Part shown: in pieces, positions 37,901-51,034 of the stretch
Layout of the letters: each line of letters starts with the position of its first letter
Position numbering within the stretch: the first letter of the stretch is position 1
Source: Paraspadella gotoi
Lineage: Eukaryota; Animalia; Chaetognatha
Direction: 5' to 3'
NCBI GenBank assembly: GCA_051294375.1
Contig: CM119271.1
Span: 11,799,896-11,863,895 of the forward strand
Length of the DNA stretch: 64,000 bases
Position numbers and translations under genes: made by a program
Notes under the pieces: generated by a model
The model's input: the letters and a program-made list of their open reading frames with translations, nothing else
What the model was told of the DNA's origin: nothing
Database searches by the model: none

Positions 37901-40715
37901 GAATCTTTCAACCATCCTCTTCCTACTCACCCGAGCCAGCGGCGCCTCTGTTCAACTGCGCATGCGCGCCGTGATGACTATGCGCGCTCTCTTTTCTCTC
38001 TCGCTTCGGCTGAGCGGCGTCGTCTTCGCCGTCGACGGCGTCCTCCCACTCTTCCTCGTCTTCGCTAGAGGAGTAGGAAGTGGGCGGCGCCTGCGACGCT
38101 CGATTCGCCGCAGCGGTCGCCGCCGCCGCGGCGGCAGAGGGAGAGTCGGCTGTACAGGAAAATGTTCGATTAATTTAAAATATATTTAATGCTAATGAGT
38201 TAAAACATCTTTCCTCCGCTCCGTCCTGGCGATCTTTCTCTACAGGGTAGGTGACGTAAACTAAAAAGTTCTGCACGTGCGACATCTGGGTTCCTAAAAT
38301 TCCTCCAAGATCGTATTTGAGACAAGTCCAGACATTCAAAAACCCACGAAAACAAACATCATCTTCCGGCCTTCCGCCCACAGTATAAACCACTCACCAA
38401 AGACTCCTGAAAATCTCCTGGATCCTTCGACGGGCGGCGTCTCGTTCGTCCGACCCACGCCGTCCTCGAGGGCGTCTTTTCCCGTCTCCACGTCGGCGCC
38501 CAAATCGGAAGCGGCGCCGTTGAGGTTGGAAGACGACGCCGCGGATCGAGAAGGTTCGGCGGTGGAAAACGAGGAAGTTGCTTCTATAAAAAATTATACA
38601 TATCACAAAATTAACCAAAAAAATTATAAGGAATAAATTAAAACTCTGGATATTATTAAACGGTCTCGAGTCACCTTGACCCTTGAACAAAGTGTCGATG
38701 TTGTAAGACTTTGCGATCTGCAGCAAAACGATGGTGTGTTTGATGGATTCGATCATGGAATTCGTCGTCGCTTTGATGCTGCGATATTTGAGAAGATCTT
38801 CATCCTCGAGGCATCCTTGCTCCTTTTGGACATTCTGTTCGCAAAATCACATTGTGCAATGGAGGCAATTGCGAGAAACTCGCAAGGAAATTGACAATGA
38901 ATTGCCCACCATTTTGGCGTCGAGCGAATCCGTTTGGTCGATGAGCATTTGCAGATAGACGTCAGCTTCGGCTAAACGTTTGTCAAAGTCTTGAATTGTG
39001 GGAACGAAGTTGGATTCCATGTGATATCCTGACCAAGTGAAGAGATTTGTCAACGACATTTGCGAGTTGAGCGCGTCGGTCGAATTAAACAAGCTACGGA
39101 CGAATGTTAATAGAGAAGTTAGCATATCAGTGACAAAGAGTATTTTAATTGGGTCTATGAGACAAAATTAACCAAACGAGATTTATGGTTTTTTTTTTTA
39201 CCCAGCAACCAACCCCTCGTCTTTAACTAATTAATACTCTGAAATCATTAGGGGGGGGATTAAACTCGAAACCGGCCGCCAATAAAATCTAAAAAAATAT
39301 TTACACATAATCTTTAATAAATAATTAATCCTCTGACGACGGGTTTCAAATTCATCCCCGTCAAATCTTTCTTTAAGAAAAAAAGTCAATGTGTGTAAAA
39401 CAACGCGAAAGTTTACCATTTAAAGTTTCGGCCAAAAACTTTACAAACGATTCTGCGCAAGAAAAAGAAAGAAATATTTTGTGTGTTTGGATCTTCTTAA
39501 TTTTTTTTTTCAAATTCACATTTTTTCCCTTGGTAAGAAATCCGTGGATTCCTGTGTTCCTAGATTTTTAGCTCCCAGTTTCGATTAAAATTGAGAATCC
39601 AACCCGCTCGATTTAAAAAGATTCGAAAGAAGAAACATGATTCGTCTTAAAAAAAAAAAAACCGGTTGACGATCGATCTCATTTTTTCAAAACGTGTGCT
39701 TTTCTAGGATTCCACGTGCTACGCTGCTAAGTGTGCTCATCTAGGATTCCACGTGCTACGCTGCTACAGTCGAGTTTCGACGAATTTGTAACTTTGTACA
39801 GATTCGTCGCGACTTATCGGGATGAACATCTTATCGCTCCCACAATTCTCTACTGCATTTATTCGCAACGTAAAATTAGACAATTGAAGGGTTCAAAGTT
39901 CTCACCCGGGGTCCCCATTCCGTTGTACATTCGTTGGATGTGAGTGTGGCTCAAGATGGTCTCTTCCAGGGCGTTGATCCACTTCTCTCGCTCCTCCAAA
40001 TCTCGCGCCTGTAAATAACGATTCCATTTAGGGCCAGGGGATCCGGAGTTCGAGACCTCAGATGTCGATTTTTGAGCGAGGATTAGGATAGGTTTACATT
40101 GGGTGTTGATTATTTAACTTTGTAGAAAATGGTTGTAAACATTACTAAATCAAAATAAGGGATTCTAAAAAAAAAAATAACGCCGAGTACAAGTTATTTA
40201 GCGAGTGCGGGTTCTTGCCCTGACAAAATCAAGGAGGAAACAACCCCCCTCCCCCCCCCAAAAAAAAAAATCAGAATAACCAAAGAAAATCCTGTGAGAA
40301 AATAAAAGAAAAATAGGAATTATAAAAAAGAAAAGAAAAAAAAAAAGAAAAGACAAAGTAAAAGATAGAGAATCTCCCCCCCTTAAATCAAAAGGGTATC
40401 GAATCTCCTTCTCTCCCCTCCCCCAACCACCAAAACCCAAACTCCCGCCCCCCTCCCCCCCGCACTACCTGAAAGTGAAAAGTCTTCTGATCGCAAGTGA
40501 TGGTAAAAGTGGGACTCGTCCTCGTCATCGATCCCGATGACGGCGCCTTTGAGTCGAACGCATCCACGACGCGATCCTCTCATCATCTTTTCCTTGGAGG
40601 TGTAGTAGGAGAGAAGTCCGGACGTCTCGTCCAGTACGAACCATCTGTACTGCCAACCGTTCATCACGTTCGTCCATTTGCTCAACGGACCCTCCATCCT
40701 CTCCTTTCTCTCCAT
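34972..40715 (-). CDS. OSBPL9: Oxysterol-binding protein-related protein 9 (PH plus ORD domains), multi-exon
   Basis: Motifs [79 protein letters not shown] and [12 protein letters not shown]. Confidence 0.92.
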
Positions 40716-42490
40716 TCCAGGATTATTTTATTTTATTCTATTTGTTTAATGGTAGAGACTGGTTTTCTTTCGTCAAGGGGGAAGGGAGGGTTCTTTAAAA
40801 AAAAAAGAAGACTGATCGCAAAGATTACATAAGAGCTATTTCTTGTCACGGGGAAAGTTATAAAATTGAACAGGGCTCCAGTCCAATTTCGTATTTATAA
40901 ATTATGTAGGTACATATTGTCACAAGTTTCGATTTGGTTTCGTAAAAAAAAATAAAAAAATTCCAACTCAAATTTCACGAGGAAAAAGTTTATTAAAAGG
41001 CTAAGAAATTTTGGCCTCTATTCTTTCCTCGTCGAATGAGAGAGAGTCTTGGTCTTTCTGTTTGGCCTTTTCTTTGGCCTCTTCTAGTTTGATTGTTCGT
41101 TCCTCGTTCTTCTTCCCCTGAAAACCTTCGTTTGTAAAGGAAACATTTAACAATATCAAAAAAACACACGACGGTGGAATATAAATGCGAAAGAATTTGT
41201 ATTCTCGTGAAAAAAATAACAGACTCGCGTATTGCTCTTAATAATAATCGTAATAATAGTAATAATAATAATAATAGTAATAAAAACAAAACTGTCGTCC
41301 CGAGTTACGTTGATTCTCTTCCATTTTGCAAATCAAAAAAATTCTCTCCGGAAAAAGAATAAAAAAAATAAAAAATAGGAAAGACATATAACAGGGGGAG
41401 GTCCTTTTTTTTATACTTTAGTATTCACGATGGAAAATCAAAAAGTCAAGAGCGATATTTAAACATGATTGGTGTGGGTAAAACTTAGCAATAAAAACTT
41501 CCTAGGCACTTCATATAAAGACAAACCTCAAATGAACTAAACTGAAAGCGAGACAAATAAAAATGAGAGATATTTCACGTTTTTGAGACCGAAACCTAAC
41601 ATTTGCATGCAAATCGCAAACCAAGTGGTGATAGATTTCGCTACAGAAAACAAAACAAAAGCCAAACCCGAGTCGTGTTCCAACGGGGCGAAAAACCAAA
41701 TACCCGAAATACGATAAATAATGATGATGATCCCACTACATAGAGAAAAACCTGACAAAGAACATGCTTTTGCTCACCCATTAAGTGTCGGAAAAACCTC
41801 AATTTATTTGCACGATTCTCTTTAATTTTTACTTTTAATTTAATATTTCATAGTTTTCCGCTCTGTCGCACGAGACGCGCCTGTTTGCGAATTAAACGTT
41901 ACACATTTTCATTGCAAATTTAAGAAAAACAAAAAAGAAAAACTGAAGCCTTCAATTTAACAGTGCGAACGTCGCTACTCTTCGAAACCACGTAGTATTA
42001 ATGAGTTAGAAAAATGATACATTTTCATCCACAGTAAGTATTGGAAATGTTGGTTGGTATAGCAAGTTAGGGCAAGTGGGGGCGCCTTGTTTAAAATGGT
42101 ATGTCAATTTGTTCAAAGGAGAGCAGAGAAAGGGAGAAAGGGAGAAAGAGAGAAAGAGCTACTGAGAGACTAGAAATTTTTAAAAAATGAGTAAATTACC
42201 GACTTCCTAGTCTAATGGCAACAAAAAAAAAGAAAAAAAAAAAAAAGGAGGAAACGACGACTTTCGACTCAAGTCATCAAACCCAACGTATAATTTTGAT
42301 TGCTTTTTATTCCATAAATTATAAATTAAAATAAAATGGGGAAAGATTAACCCATATGATTGTGTATCGACTTTGTTAATTTTTTTTTTGGAAGGGGGAG
42401 AAAGAGGATGAGTAAAATATGCTTGTGTATATATATATAATTATATATGACTATTAGTCATACTAGTAGCGTTAAAAAAGGGAGAGAGAT

Positions 42491-44008
42491 TCAGCGGATT
42501 CGAACGCGCAATAAAAACTTTTCCAACATTTCCACGAATTCTGGAAACAAGTAATTTTCGCAAGTGTGACCGCAGTAAGGATTTTCGACGAGGATGGAAC
42601 AGGCGGGATCCTTGCCCGTCGCCTGACGCCACAAATCGCGCCCTCTGTCGGGCGGAATGATGGTGTCCCTCAGAGCCACGTAGTTGAAGAGGCATCCCTT
42701 GAAATCGGCGATTTTGCCGAAGCCGTCGTAGTAGTACTTGATGAACCAATTGACGACCCAACCAGTGAGACGCAAGAAATGATTCACGACTTTGAAGGAA
42801 TTGTCCATGGCGCTGATGAGGATGACCGCTTTGGAATCGTAACGCCGCGCCATCTCCAGAGCGACGGGCCCGCCCAGCGAGTTCCCGATGTGGATGATAT
42901 CGGACAAATCGGTCACGAATCCGCGACGCCGGGCAAATTTGGAGACGGCGTCGGCGGCGGCGTAGAGAGCGCTCTCCGAGGGCAGACCCGTGGATCGACC
43001 GTAGAATGGATAATCGTAACCGGCGACGTTGACCCCGAAGGCGGTGAGACGCTCGTAGGCGGGTCCGTATTGGTTCATGAGGCCGATGGCTCCGTGATGA
43101 AGGACGGCGGTGAGCGAACCGTTGCTCGTCCGCGGAATCCACCAAACGTGGATGGTGTCGCCGTGAGCGGTTTGAAGGAACGCCTCCTCGTGAGCGAGAG
43201 AGAGCGAATAATCGCAGAACCCGCGCCCATTGGCGTAAACGGGGCCCGGGTCCGGCGTGGTGGCCGCATCGGCGGCAGAAGAGTTGGCAAGGTCGGCGGC
43301 TGCGTCGGCGACCGCGTCGGAAAGAGCAAGGTCGCTAGAGACGACGGAGAAAGATTCTCGACTCGTGAGACTTTGACTCGTCGGCGCCGATGATTTATTG
43401 GGACATTTGACTCCGCGACCGAAAATCTCCGCGTCTTCGGTGAATTTGATAAAAGTGACGATGGAAACGATCGTCAACACGTAGCAGATCAAAAAGTAAA
43501 GGAAGACGATCCCGAAAAGTGCGACCAGGTTGTGGACTACCGAGCGGGCGTTACGGCCGCGCGGCGTTCGAAGCTCGGCCCAAGGCGGCGCCGGGATGGG
43601 AGACGACGCCGCGGTCGAGGATCGAGCGCGCCCTTCCTCTCCTCCGTCGACGGCGTTCCCGTCTTCTCGGTAAGATGGCGCGGGAGAGGAAGCGGCGCCG
43701 TCGAATCCGTCGGCGTTACCGGCGCGGGAACGGAAAGATCCCAGTTCGAAAGCGGCGTCATCGTCGGCCCGTTTTCGGCGACGCGGAGACGCCTCCTCCG
43801 AGGATCGACGGACGCAGATGAATAGGCGTCGAAAAACGAAGGCCAAAGCGACGACGAGTAGAACCCAGAGAAGCCAGAGGAAACATTCGACGAGGCGAAG
43901 GTTGTCGGGATTTGAGAAGAACGTCACGCTCGCCGTCGCCGTCTCCACGATCTCTTGCGGGGCCTCTCGAATCACCGTCCGATTCAGGGATTCAAAGTAA
44001 CCCGCCAT
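42491..44008 (-). CDS. Membrane-anchored alpha/beta hydrolase (ABHD12/13/17-like), intronless, 505 aa
   Basis: Two TM-like segments, YDYPFYGRSTGLPSESALYA, nucleophile elbow GNSLGG, and D (RDTIIP) and H (CGH) candidates. Confidence 0.8.
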   Translation of the reverse strand: MAGYFESLNRTVIREAPQEIVETATASVTFFSNPDNLRLVECFLWLLWVLLVVALAFVFRRLFICVRRSSEEASPRRRKRADDDAAFELGSFRSRAGNADGFDGAASSPAPSYREDGNAVDGGEEGRARSSTAASSPIPAPPWAELRTPRGRNARSVVHNLVALFGIVFLYFLICYVLTIVSIVTFIKFTEDAEIFGRGVKCPNKSSAPTSQSLTSRESFSVVSSDLALSDAVADAAADLANSSAADAATTPDPGPVYANGRGFCDYSLSLAHEEAFLQTAHGDTIHVWWIPRTSNGSLTAVLHHGAIGLMNQYGPAYERLTAFGVNVAGYDYPFYGRSTGLPSESALYAAADAVSKFARRRGFVTDLSDIIHIGNSLGGPVALEMARRYDSKAVILISAMDNSFKVVNHFLRLTGWVVNWFIKYYYDGFGKIADFKGCLFNYVALRDTIIPPDRGRDLWRQATGKDPACSILVENPYCGHTCENYLFPEFVEMLEKFLLRVRIR

Positions 44009-44343
44009 CGTCTGCCGTCCTCGAGGAGGAGGCTAAGTGATCATTCTAAAGGAGGGGGGATCACCAAAATATATAAATCATACATCGATTATATAAAAAA
44101 AATATACGTATTTCAACCGACGAAGGCTTCAGAGGCGGGCGACGGAGATATCGTTATAACGAGACAATAAATACCGGAGTTTTTTTTGGTTGACCAAATA
44201 AATATTTTCTGAATAAACGGCGATTCGCGCTCGGTTCCACAATCAACATTAGATTAAAAATTATCAACGTCAAAAATATCACAAGAACGGCAAACAAATC
44301 CAGTCACTTCAGATAATAACACTTAAAAAAGAGAATAAAAGAG

Positions 44344-45325
44344 TCACAAAAATCTCTGCGCTCTTCTTCTCCGAAGTTCGTCCAGATTAACTGAGTCGGA
44401 ACGATCGTCAAACTCTTCGTCGAATCCCGTAGTAGTCGTCGTCGTTGAAGCGGAGCTTCGCCAAGATCTCCTAGAAGATGTGGACGAGGCGTTCCGCGCG
44501 GATTCTCTTCGACCCGAAGGTCCGGCGAAATGGTAAGACTCGTAGGACTCATAACCGTGGACAACGGGGGCGTAGCCGATGAGAGAGAGGAAGGGGACGT
44601 CCAAGAGTCTCTTTAAGGNNNNNNNNNNAAAGTCTCTTTAAGGGGCCCTTCGTGTAGGCTAACCCGACGAGGATGCCCGCCAAGTGGCCCGTGAACGACG
44701 CGTGGGGCACCAAGACTTGAATAAGGCCCAATTCGGCCCAACAGGCCCACTTGGAAGACACGGGGATGAAGCCCAAAAGCAGCGTGGTCGAAGGAGGCTC
44801 CATGTAGGTCGTCAAGACCTTCATGGCGAAGAGGACGCCGCTGAATCCCACGGCGCAGTTGATCACGTGGGCGTCGTCTTCGAAAATCTCCGCCATGAAG
44901 TAATTGAGGACGACGAAGACAATGCTAGTGCAAAGGGTGAAGGCCAACGTCAAGTAGGCGTAGTAAGGGCAGCCGAGTCTTCGCTCCAGCGTCTTCCCTT
45001 TCCACAGGAGCGAGGCCATGTTGTAGTAGAGATGCCATTCGTCGGCGTGGACGAGGGGCGCGAGGATCAAGCGTCGATAATCGCCGCCGAAGATGACGTG
45101 ATACGCGGAGACGCAAATGTGTTTGAGTCTAAGATTTTGAAAAAAGGAGAAGAGACGAAGGAAGATGGCGACTTGGAATCCGATGAGGGACAGAGTCACT
45201 GGAGGGACGCTGCCCGCGCGGAACAACTCCCATCCTAAGAGGGAAAGAGCAAAGACGCGGCCGCGGCGAGTGCCCGTGCTGCGACTCGCGAAAAGGTGAG
45301 TCAAAGACGGAAGAAACGGAACCAT
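44344..45325 (-). CDS. RHBDD1: Rhomboid protease RHBDD1/RHBDL4; spans an assembly gap at 44619-44628
   Basis: Motifs PPVTL, HADEWHLYYNMASLLWKG, CAVGFSGVLFA, SFTGHLAGILVG and a C-terminal EELRRRRAQRF VCP-binding-like motif. Confidence 0.9.
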
Positions 45326-45694
45326 TTTTTTAGAATTTCGTTTCTGTTTTGTGTTTTGGTTTTTGTTTTATTTTTGGTCTCTTTTTGATCCTCTGCAAAA
45401 CTCCTGACAGAAAGGCAATATATTTATAATTTAATAGTAAAAATATATCAATTTATATAAATCTGTACGCATGTACGCGCGAAATTCAAAAGGCTTAAAA
45501 AAAAAACTTCCTCGGAATATAAACATTGAATTAAAACACGAATTAGAGAAAAAACATTTTTAACTAAGAAAACAAAAGTAAAATCACGTCGACGACGAAT
45601 TTGGCGGGAATGAGAAAAACATCCTTTTCAATTTGTCTCAAATGGAGAAAAAAAATGGAAACCCTTATTTTTTTCCATTTGTTCTCACTCAATG

Positions 45695-45957
45695 ATATCG
45701 GGTTTTTTTCTGACCCGACTTGGTTCCGAATAGACGACTCGACCAAATTTGTTGAAATTTGGTATGTTCGATTCCTTTGGGAATAAAAATAGAACTATCG
45801 AGGCGAATTTCAATATTTGACATAGTCCCCCTAAGGGGTTACCCATAGGTACAAAAAGTAGTCAAAAATTCAGCTCCAGGGCCCTGTATCTCCTCTCAGG
45901 GGTTGAATATCAGGTAATTTGGTGGGAACCGTGTCTGGTCAGAAAAAAACCCGATAT
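45695..45957. mobile_element. MITE-like element with ~32-bp terminal inverted repeats
   Basis: atatcgggtttttttctgacc...ggttcc pairs with ggaacc...ggtcagaaaaaaacccgatat. Confidence 0.65.
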
Positions 45958-46039
45958 AATTTTATAATATGAAGCCTTGTGTAATCTGTATATAAACTTA
46001 AAGCAATAAATTCGGCGACTATGAGGACTCGCGGGATAT

Positions 46040-46190
46040 GACTTATTTAACCCCTTCCCCCCATTAACTTATTTAACCACTTCCCCCCCATTAACTTATT
46101 TAACACTTCCCCCATAACTTATTTAACCACTTCCCCCCATTATCTTATTTAACCCCTTCCCCCCATTAACTTATTTAACCACTTCCCCCC
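46040..46190. repeat. ~24-bp minisatellite directly after the HMG20 stop codon
   Basis: acttatttaacc(a/c)cttccccccatta, about 6-7 copies. Confidence 0.85.
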
Positions 46191-46195
46191 GCCCT

Positions 46196-48290
46196 TCAGT
46201 TCTGCACGAAGTCCATGGCCAAGATGATCTCCTTGAACTGAGTGAAGAAGTGCTGCTGATCGGCTTGACCCGATTCCGTCATCATTTGATAGACGCGATT
46301 CATGTAGTCGTCGATGTTGTCGCGATTCGGCGGCTCCTTTGTTCCCGGCAGCGGCAGCGACCGCAGATGCAGGCTCAGCGTCGAGCGGAGGTTGTCCAGC
46401 TGCTGCTGCAGGTTGCGGTTGTGGCTGCGTTGGTGGACGGACTCGGCGTCCAACTTGGTGATGGCCGACTTCATGTTATCGATGTGTTTGCCTGATGAAA
46501 CGAGGGGACACAACTAATCTCCACGAAACAACAAAATATTAAGATGAAACAAAGCTAAACATACAAAAAAGGAAAAAATAAAAATAAAAAACATCAAAAC
46601 ATCGAAAATGAAAAAAAACTTAAAAAATAAAAAAAATGTATAAATATAAATCCCTTTAGATTAAAAAAAAAACTTTTTTTCATTTTTGAACAATAAGAAG
46701 AAAAAGTGACCGAGCATGGCGTTCTGTTCCTCCAATTGAGTGTTGTGCTTCTTGAAATTCCTCAATTCTGTCTCGCAATTTCGGTTGTGCTCGAGAAATT
46801 CTTCGGTGAAGATCGGAATGTCGTAAGATCGCGAGGATTCGACCTTGGGCGCCTGTTGCGAAGGAACTGCCTGGGAAGGAGCCGCCTGGGAAGGCCCAGT
46901 TTGAGACAGGGCCGCCAGGGGAGGCAAGCTCGGCGCGGGAAGTTCGGACGGCGGAGATTTTTCCGGGAAGGACGATTGTCTGAATGAGGGAAGAATAATA
47001 ACATGGAACAAGGACAGGGTTCGGATTCATAACTAATAACTTAAGAAATAAGTGAGATTATTCACTTATGCGTGATTTAAAGGCTAAGCTTATGGACACC
47101 ACAAAATTCCAACAAGTGTTTTGTCAGCACTGATAAAAACGGGTGAGAGGACAATATGGCAAAATTGTTGGACTCAAATTCTTGAAGAATCACTGGAACT
47201 GTCAACGTCTCCAATGTGCGTATAAAATGATTTGTTCCACTCGCGGCACAAAAAATCAGGACTGATAATTTTATACTTAGAGATCCACGCCATTCTCGGC
47301 GCCTCACCTCTGGAAAGAAGCATCGGTTCCGCCTTCAGAAGACCGAATCGGCGTCATCCCTCCACCGACGACGCCGCCGCTCATCAACGCCGGCTGATGA
47401 TGAAGCGGCGCCGTCTGCGAAGGACCCGACGTCATCTGGTTGCTGCCCGACGCCGCTCCAGAATGAGGAAAATTGAAGTTGGACGAAGTAGATGGGGTCT
47501 GTTGATTGGGCATCAGCGCCAAAGATGGAAGGCTGCGTGGCGGCGCTTCCGTCGAGAGATGTCGCTTCAGCTCGGAAGGAATGTGTTGACGCTGAAGAAG
47601 CTGCTGATGCTGCATTTGCTGCTGAACTTGCTGCGGTTGGGAGAACATCGGCGACTGTGCTGAGGAAGTCGACGGAGACTGCTTCGGAAGTTGCTGCTGG
47701 GAGAGTTGATGTTGTTGTTGCATTTGCGATCGCTGCTGTTGCTGTTGAAGCAGTTTCTTCTGCTGCAACATCTGCTGCTGTTCCTGCTCCTGCCGCAACT
47801 GCTGCTGTTGCAGCTCGTGCTGAGTCTTTTCCTCGCAAAATTTCTTGTACAGATCGGTGGTTTTGTATTCGTCGATATCTCGGTTGTACTTCTCCTTAGC
47901 TCGGTTCGCCTCCTCGTGATATTTCTTCCTCTCCTCGGCGCTGGCGGCGCTCCACTCGCCCGCCAGCATCTTGAGAATGTCCGGGTAGGACATGGAGGGA
48001 TTCTCCGCCTTCACTCGCTCCCTCCGCTCGTTGAGGTAGAGGACGTAAGCGGAGACGGGCTTCTTGGGCGCGTTGGCGTCTAACGGAGTCTTTCGTTTCT
48101 TCTTTCCCTTTGGAGGATTTAGTTTGATGGGCTTGGGCGCCGGGACTGGCGCGGCCGGAGTGCTTGATCTGCCCGGCGTTCCCGGCGTGCTCGGCGTTCC
48201 CGGCGTGCCCGCTGGATCGGGGGCGAGCGGAGGGAAGGGAGCCGAGGCGGGGGGAGTCGTAGGGGTGAGTGAGTTCGCGCTTATCGACAT
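46196..48290 (-). CDS. HMG20A: HMG20A/B (BRAF35/iBRAF) HMG-box protein, 3 exons
   Basis: Motifs PKGKKKRKTPLDANAPKKPVSAYVLYLNERRE, YDIPIFTEEFLEHNR and LPLPGTKEPP. Confidence 0.88.
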
Positions 48291-48540
48291 CTTTGATTAT
48301 AATTTTTTGGGGGGTTTTTTCTTAAAAGGAAATAAATAAACAAAATATAAAAGAAAGAAACGTTAAGGAATAACAAGTAATGGTAATTCCAATGTATTGC
48401 GCTGCATCGACATGATTTTTCGGTTATGGCATCGCTGAAACCAAACATTACCCTATACTGGATCAGTAGCCACAGTTTAGTGAGCACAAAGGGGATCAAG
48501 TTTGCGAGTACTCGCGGCGCAACTAAAAGTAAAAAAAAAT

Positions 48541-51034
48541 TCAACGAGGAAATTTAGGGTTTTTGACGTGAAGTTTCAAGGAGATGTCGCACAGAAAAGT
48601 GTCCATTAGCGATCGACGCGCGTCGACCGAGACCCGTTTGATGGCGTCGCCGCTTCGACCCAAAATAAATGTGGAGTCACGAATCATCTTGGATCGAGTT
48701 CGACGTCGAATTCCGATTCCCACGTGAATCTCCATAAAGAGATCGTGGATCTGGAGAAAGATATTGGAAGGGGGGCGTGGTCTGTCTGGAGAAAGATATT
48801 GGACAGGGGGGCGTGGTCGATCTGGAGAAAGATATTGGAAGGGGGGTGTGGTCTGTCTGGAGAAAGATATTGGAAGGGGGGGTGGTCTGTCTGGAGAAAG
48901 ATATTGGAAGGGGGGCGTGGTCTGTCTAGAGAAAGATATTGGAAGGGGGGCGTGGTCTGTCTGGAGAAAGATATTGGAAGGGGGGTGTAGTCTGTCTGGA
49001 GAAAGATATTGGAAGGGGGCGTGGTCTGTCTGGAGAAAGATATTGAAGGGGGGCGTGGTCTTCTGGAGAAAGATATTGGAAGGGGGCGTGGTCTGTCTGG
49101 AGAAAGATATTGGAAGAGGGGCGTGGGCTGTCTGGATAAAAATATTGTAAGGGGGGCGTGGTCTGTATGGTTGGATTTGACTCAGTGACTTTATCTCGAG
49201 ATCAAAATGATTGTGTTCATTGTTCAATCAAGGAGACGAGGATAACTCTCCCGCTCTATCTCTTTCTTTCTTTCTCTTCCGCTTTCCTTCCCCCCCCCTC
49301 TCTCTCTCACCTTCCAATCGATGATAAATAGTTTCAAATTATAAGGCACATCTTGAGGCACATGGTCCAACAGTTTTTCTCTCACAGTCAACAACACGAT
49401 TTCTCGGGGATTCTGATCCGTCAAAACGTCATGAGGATAAGTCCACGGACCTGAAATTAGTACAACCAATATAAAATTATCCATTCATTTAATAAATATC
49501 TTGTCCCTGACTTTGGACAGGCTTTGGTGGTTTAAGGCATCCATCACTCTTACAAGATAATGACATAGCAGGTCCCTGCTAGCTTTCACTCAAGACTCTC
49601 TCGCTGTCTCGTTTTTTCACTCCCAGAGTACCTGACTTCCCTATCAATGAAGTGGTATAATATTTCAAAGAAGAATTTTTCAATTTTATAAAAGGGCCAC
49701 TCCCTTTTCAATAATGCTAACTATTTCAAAGGTTAAAAATAGGGTTAGCTATCGAGTTAACAAATCCATCTTTAAGACTCCATCTTTAAGACATCTAACC
49801 AGTCTTCAAATCTATAAGTCTCCAAAGAACGATTAGGATTGTCCAACTTCTTATATCAAGAAGGGCTAATGTGTCTTAAAACTAAAACGCTATGGATTAG
49901 AAATTCACCAGGAATCGCTGCTTCCATCAAATATTCTTTGACTTCGTCGGTCCCGTCCGCCTCTAAAGCAGAGACGAGGAAAACCCTGGAAAATTCCGTC
50001 CAACTCGTCTTGGACGAAACTCGAGGATGCAGCCATTTCAAGTAGCGTTTGTATTCGTTCCAATTTTTATCTGGACAGGGAATCTCTTGTCGACGAATGA
50101 ATTCCTGGAGCGTCTCCTTGGATTCTTCGACGACCTCTTTCGGCTCCGACGAGGTCTTCTCATCCTCCATCAATCGAGTGACCAAGTCTTTGGGATGAAT
50201 TCGTTTTTCTTCCCTCCTCTTCCTTCTCTCCGTTTCAACTTCTAACGTCCTCGAATCGGATCTTCTTCCGCCGACGACTCCGTCCGTTAAAAGTCGAACC
50301 GAATTAAGCAGTTTCTCTTTACTCGTCAAAAGATCGATCTTGTTCAGCAGCAACACAGTCTCCTTATCCTGCCGCATGTGCAGCACCTTGACGATCTCCG
50401 GATGCAGCGCCTTGCGAGCGAGTTTGTTGTCGACGTCCACGACGACGACGACGACGTCGGCTTTGGAGACGACGGTGTGCGGATCGCGGAGGAGCGGGTC
50501 CGCGTAGTGTTTCCTCTTGTAAGGATCCACGATGCCCGGGGCGTCGAAAAAGACGAGCTGAGTCTCGCCTTCCGTCGCCACGGCCAAAGTCTTCCGCAGA
50601 GTCGTGTCCACGCGTTTGGAGACGCTGCAGAGTTTGCGGCCGACGAGCCGATTGGCGAGGGTCGACTTGCCAGAGTTGGGGGCGCCGAGAAGAGCGACGA
50701 CGAGTTGACGAGGGTTTTCCGGTTGATCGACCGGCGTCGGAGTCGTCGACGAACGGAGGAGAGGATCGGCTCGTGCGTTGAGGAGAGCGCCGTCGGCGAA
50801 GGGGTCGTCGGCGAAGGGATCGGCGAAGGAGGCGTCGTCGGAGATGGGGTTGTCAGTGAAGAGGCTTTCGACGGATGGAGAATCAGTTTCGTCCTTTGCC
50901 TTCGACGCGGAGGAAAAACGATTGAGTAGTGAGGGTGAGAGTTTTGAGTGGCGGGTGAGTGAGAAGGTGAGTTTAGAGGAAGCGAATCGAAGGGCGCCGC
51001 CGCCGCCAAACAATCGCCGCCCAACCAAAGTCAT
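48541..51034 (-). CDS. ERAL1: Mitochondrial Era-like GTPase
   Basis: Motifs GAPNSGKSTL, DAPG, LNKID and VSAL, then VREKLLDHVPQDVPY and a KH-like last exon (48750-48541). Confidence 0.92.
48751..49167. repeat. ~35-bp minisatellite (~12 copies) in the last ERAL1 intron
   Basis: Unit ctggagaaagatattggaagggggcgtggtctgt; on the sense strand each unit ends ...tctttctcCAG. Confidence 0.92.

Noticed and set aside
44603-44643. Duplication around the N run in RHBDD1
   Set aside because: It is a scaffold-gap overlap artifact.
48751-49167. CRISPR-like array
   Set aside because: The units are contiguous without unique spacers, the context is a eukaryotic intron, and there are no cas genes.
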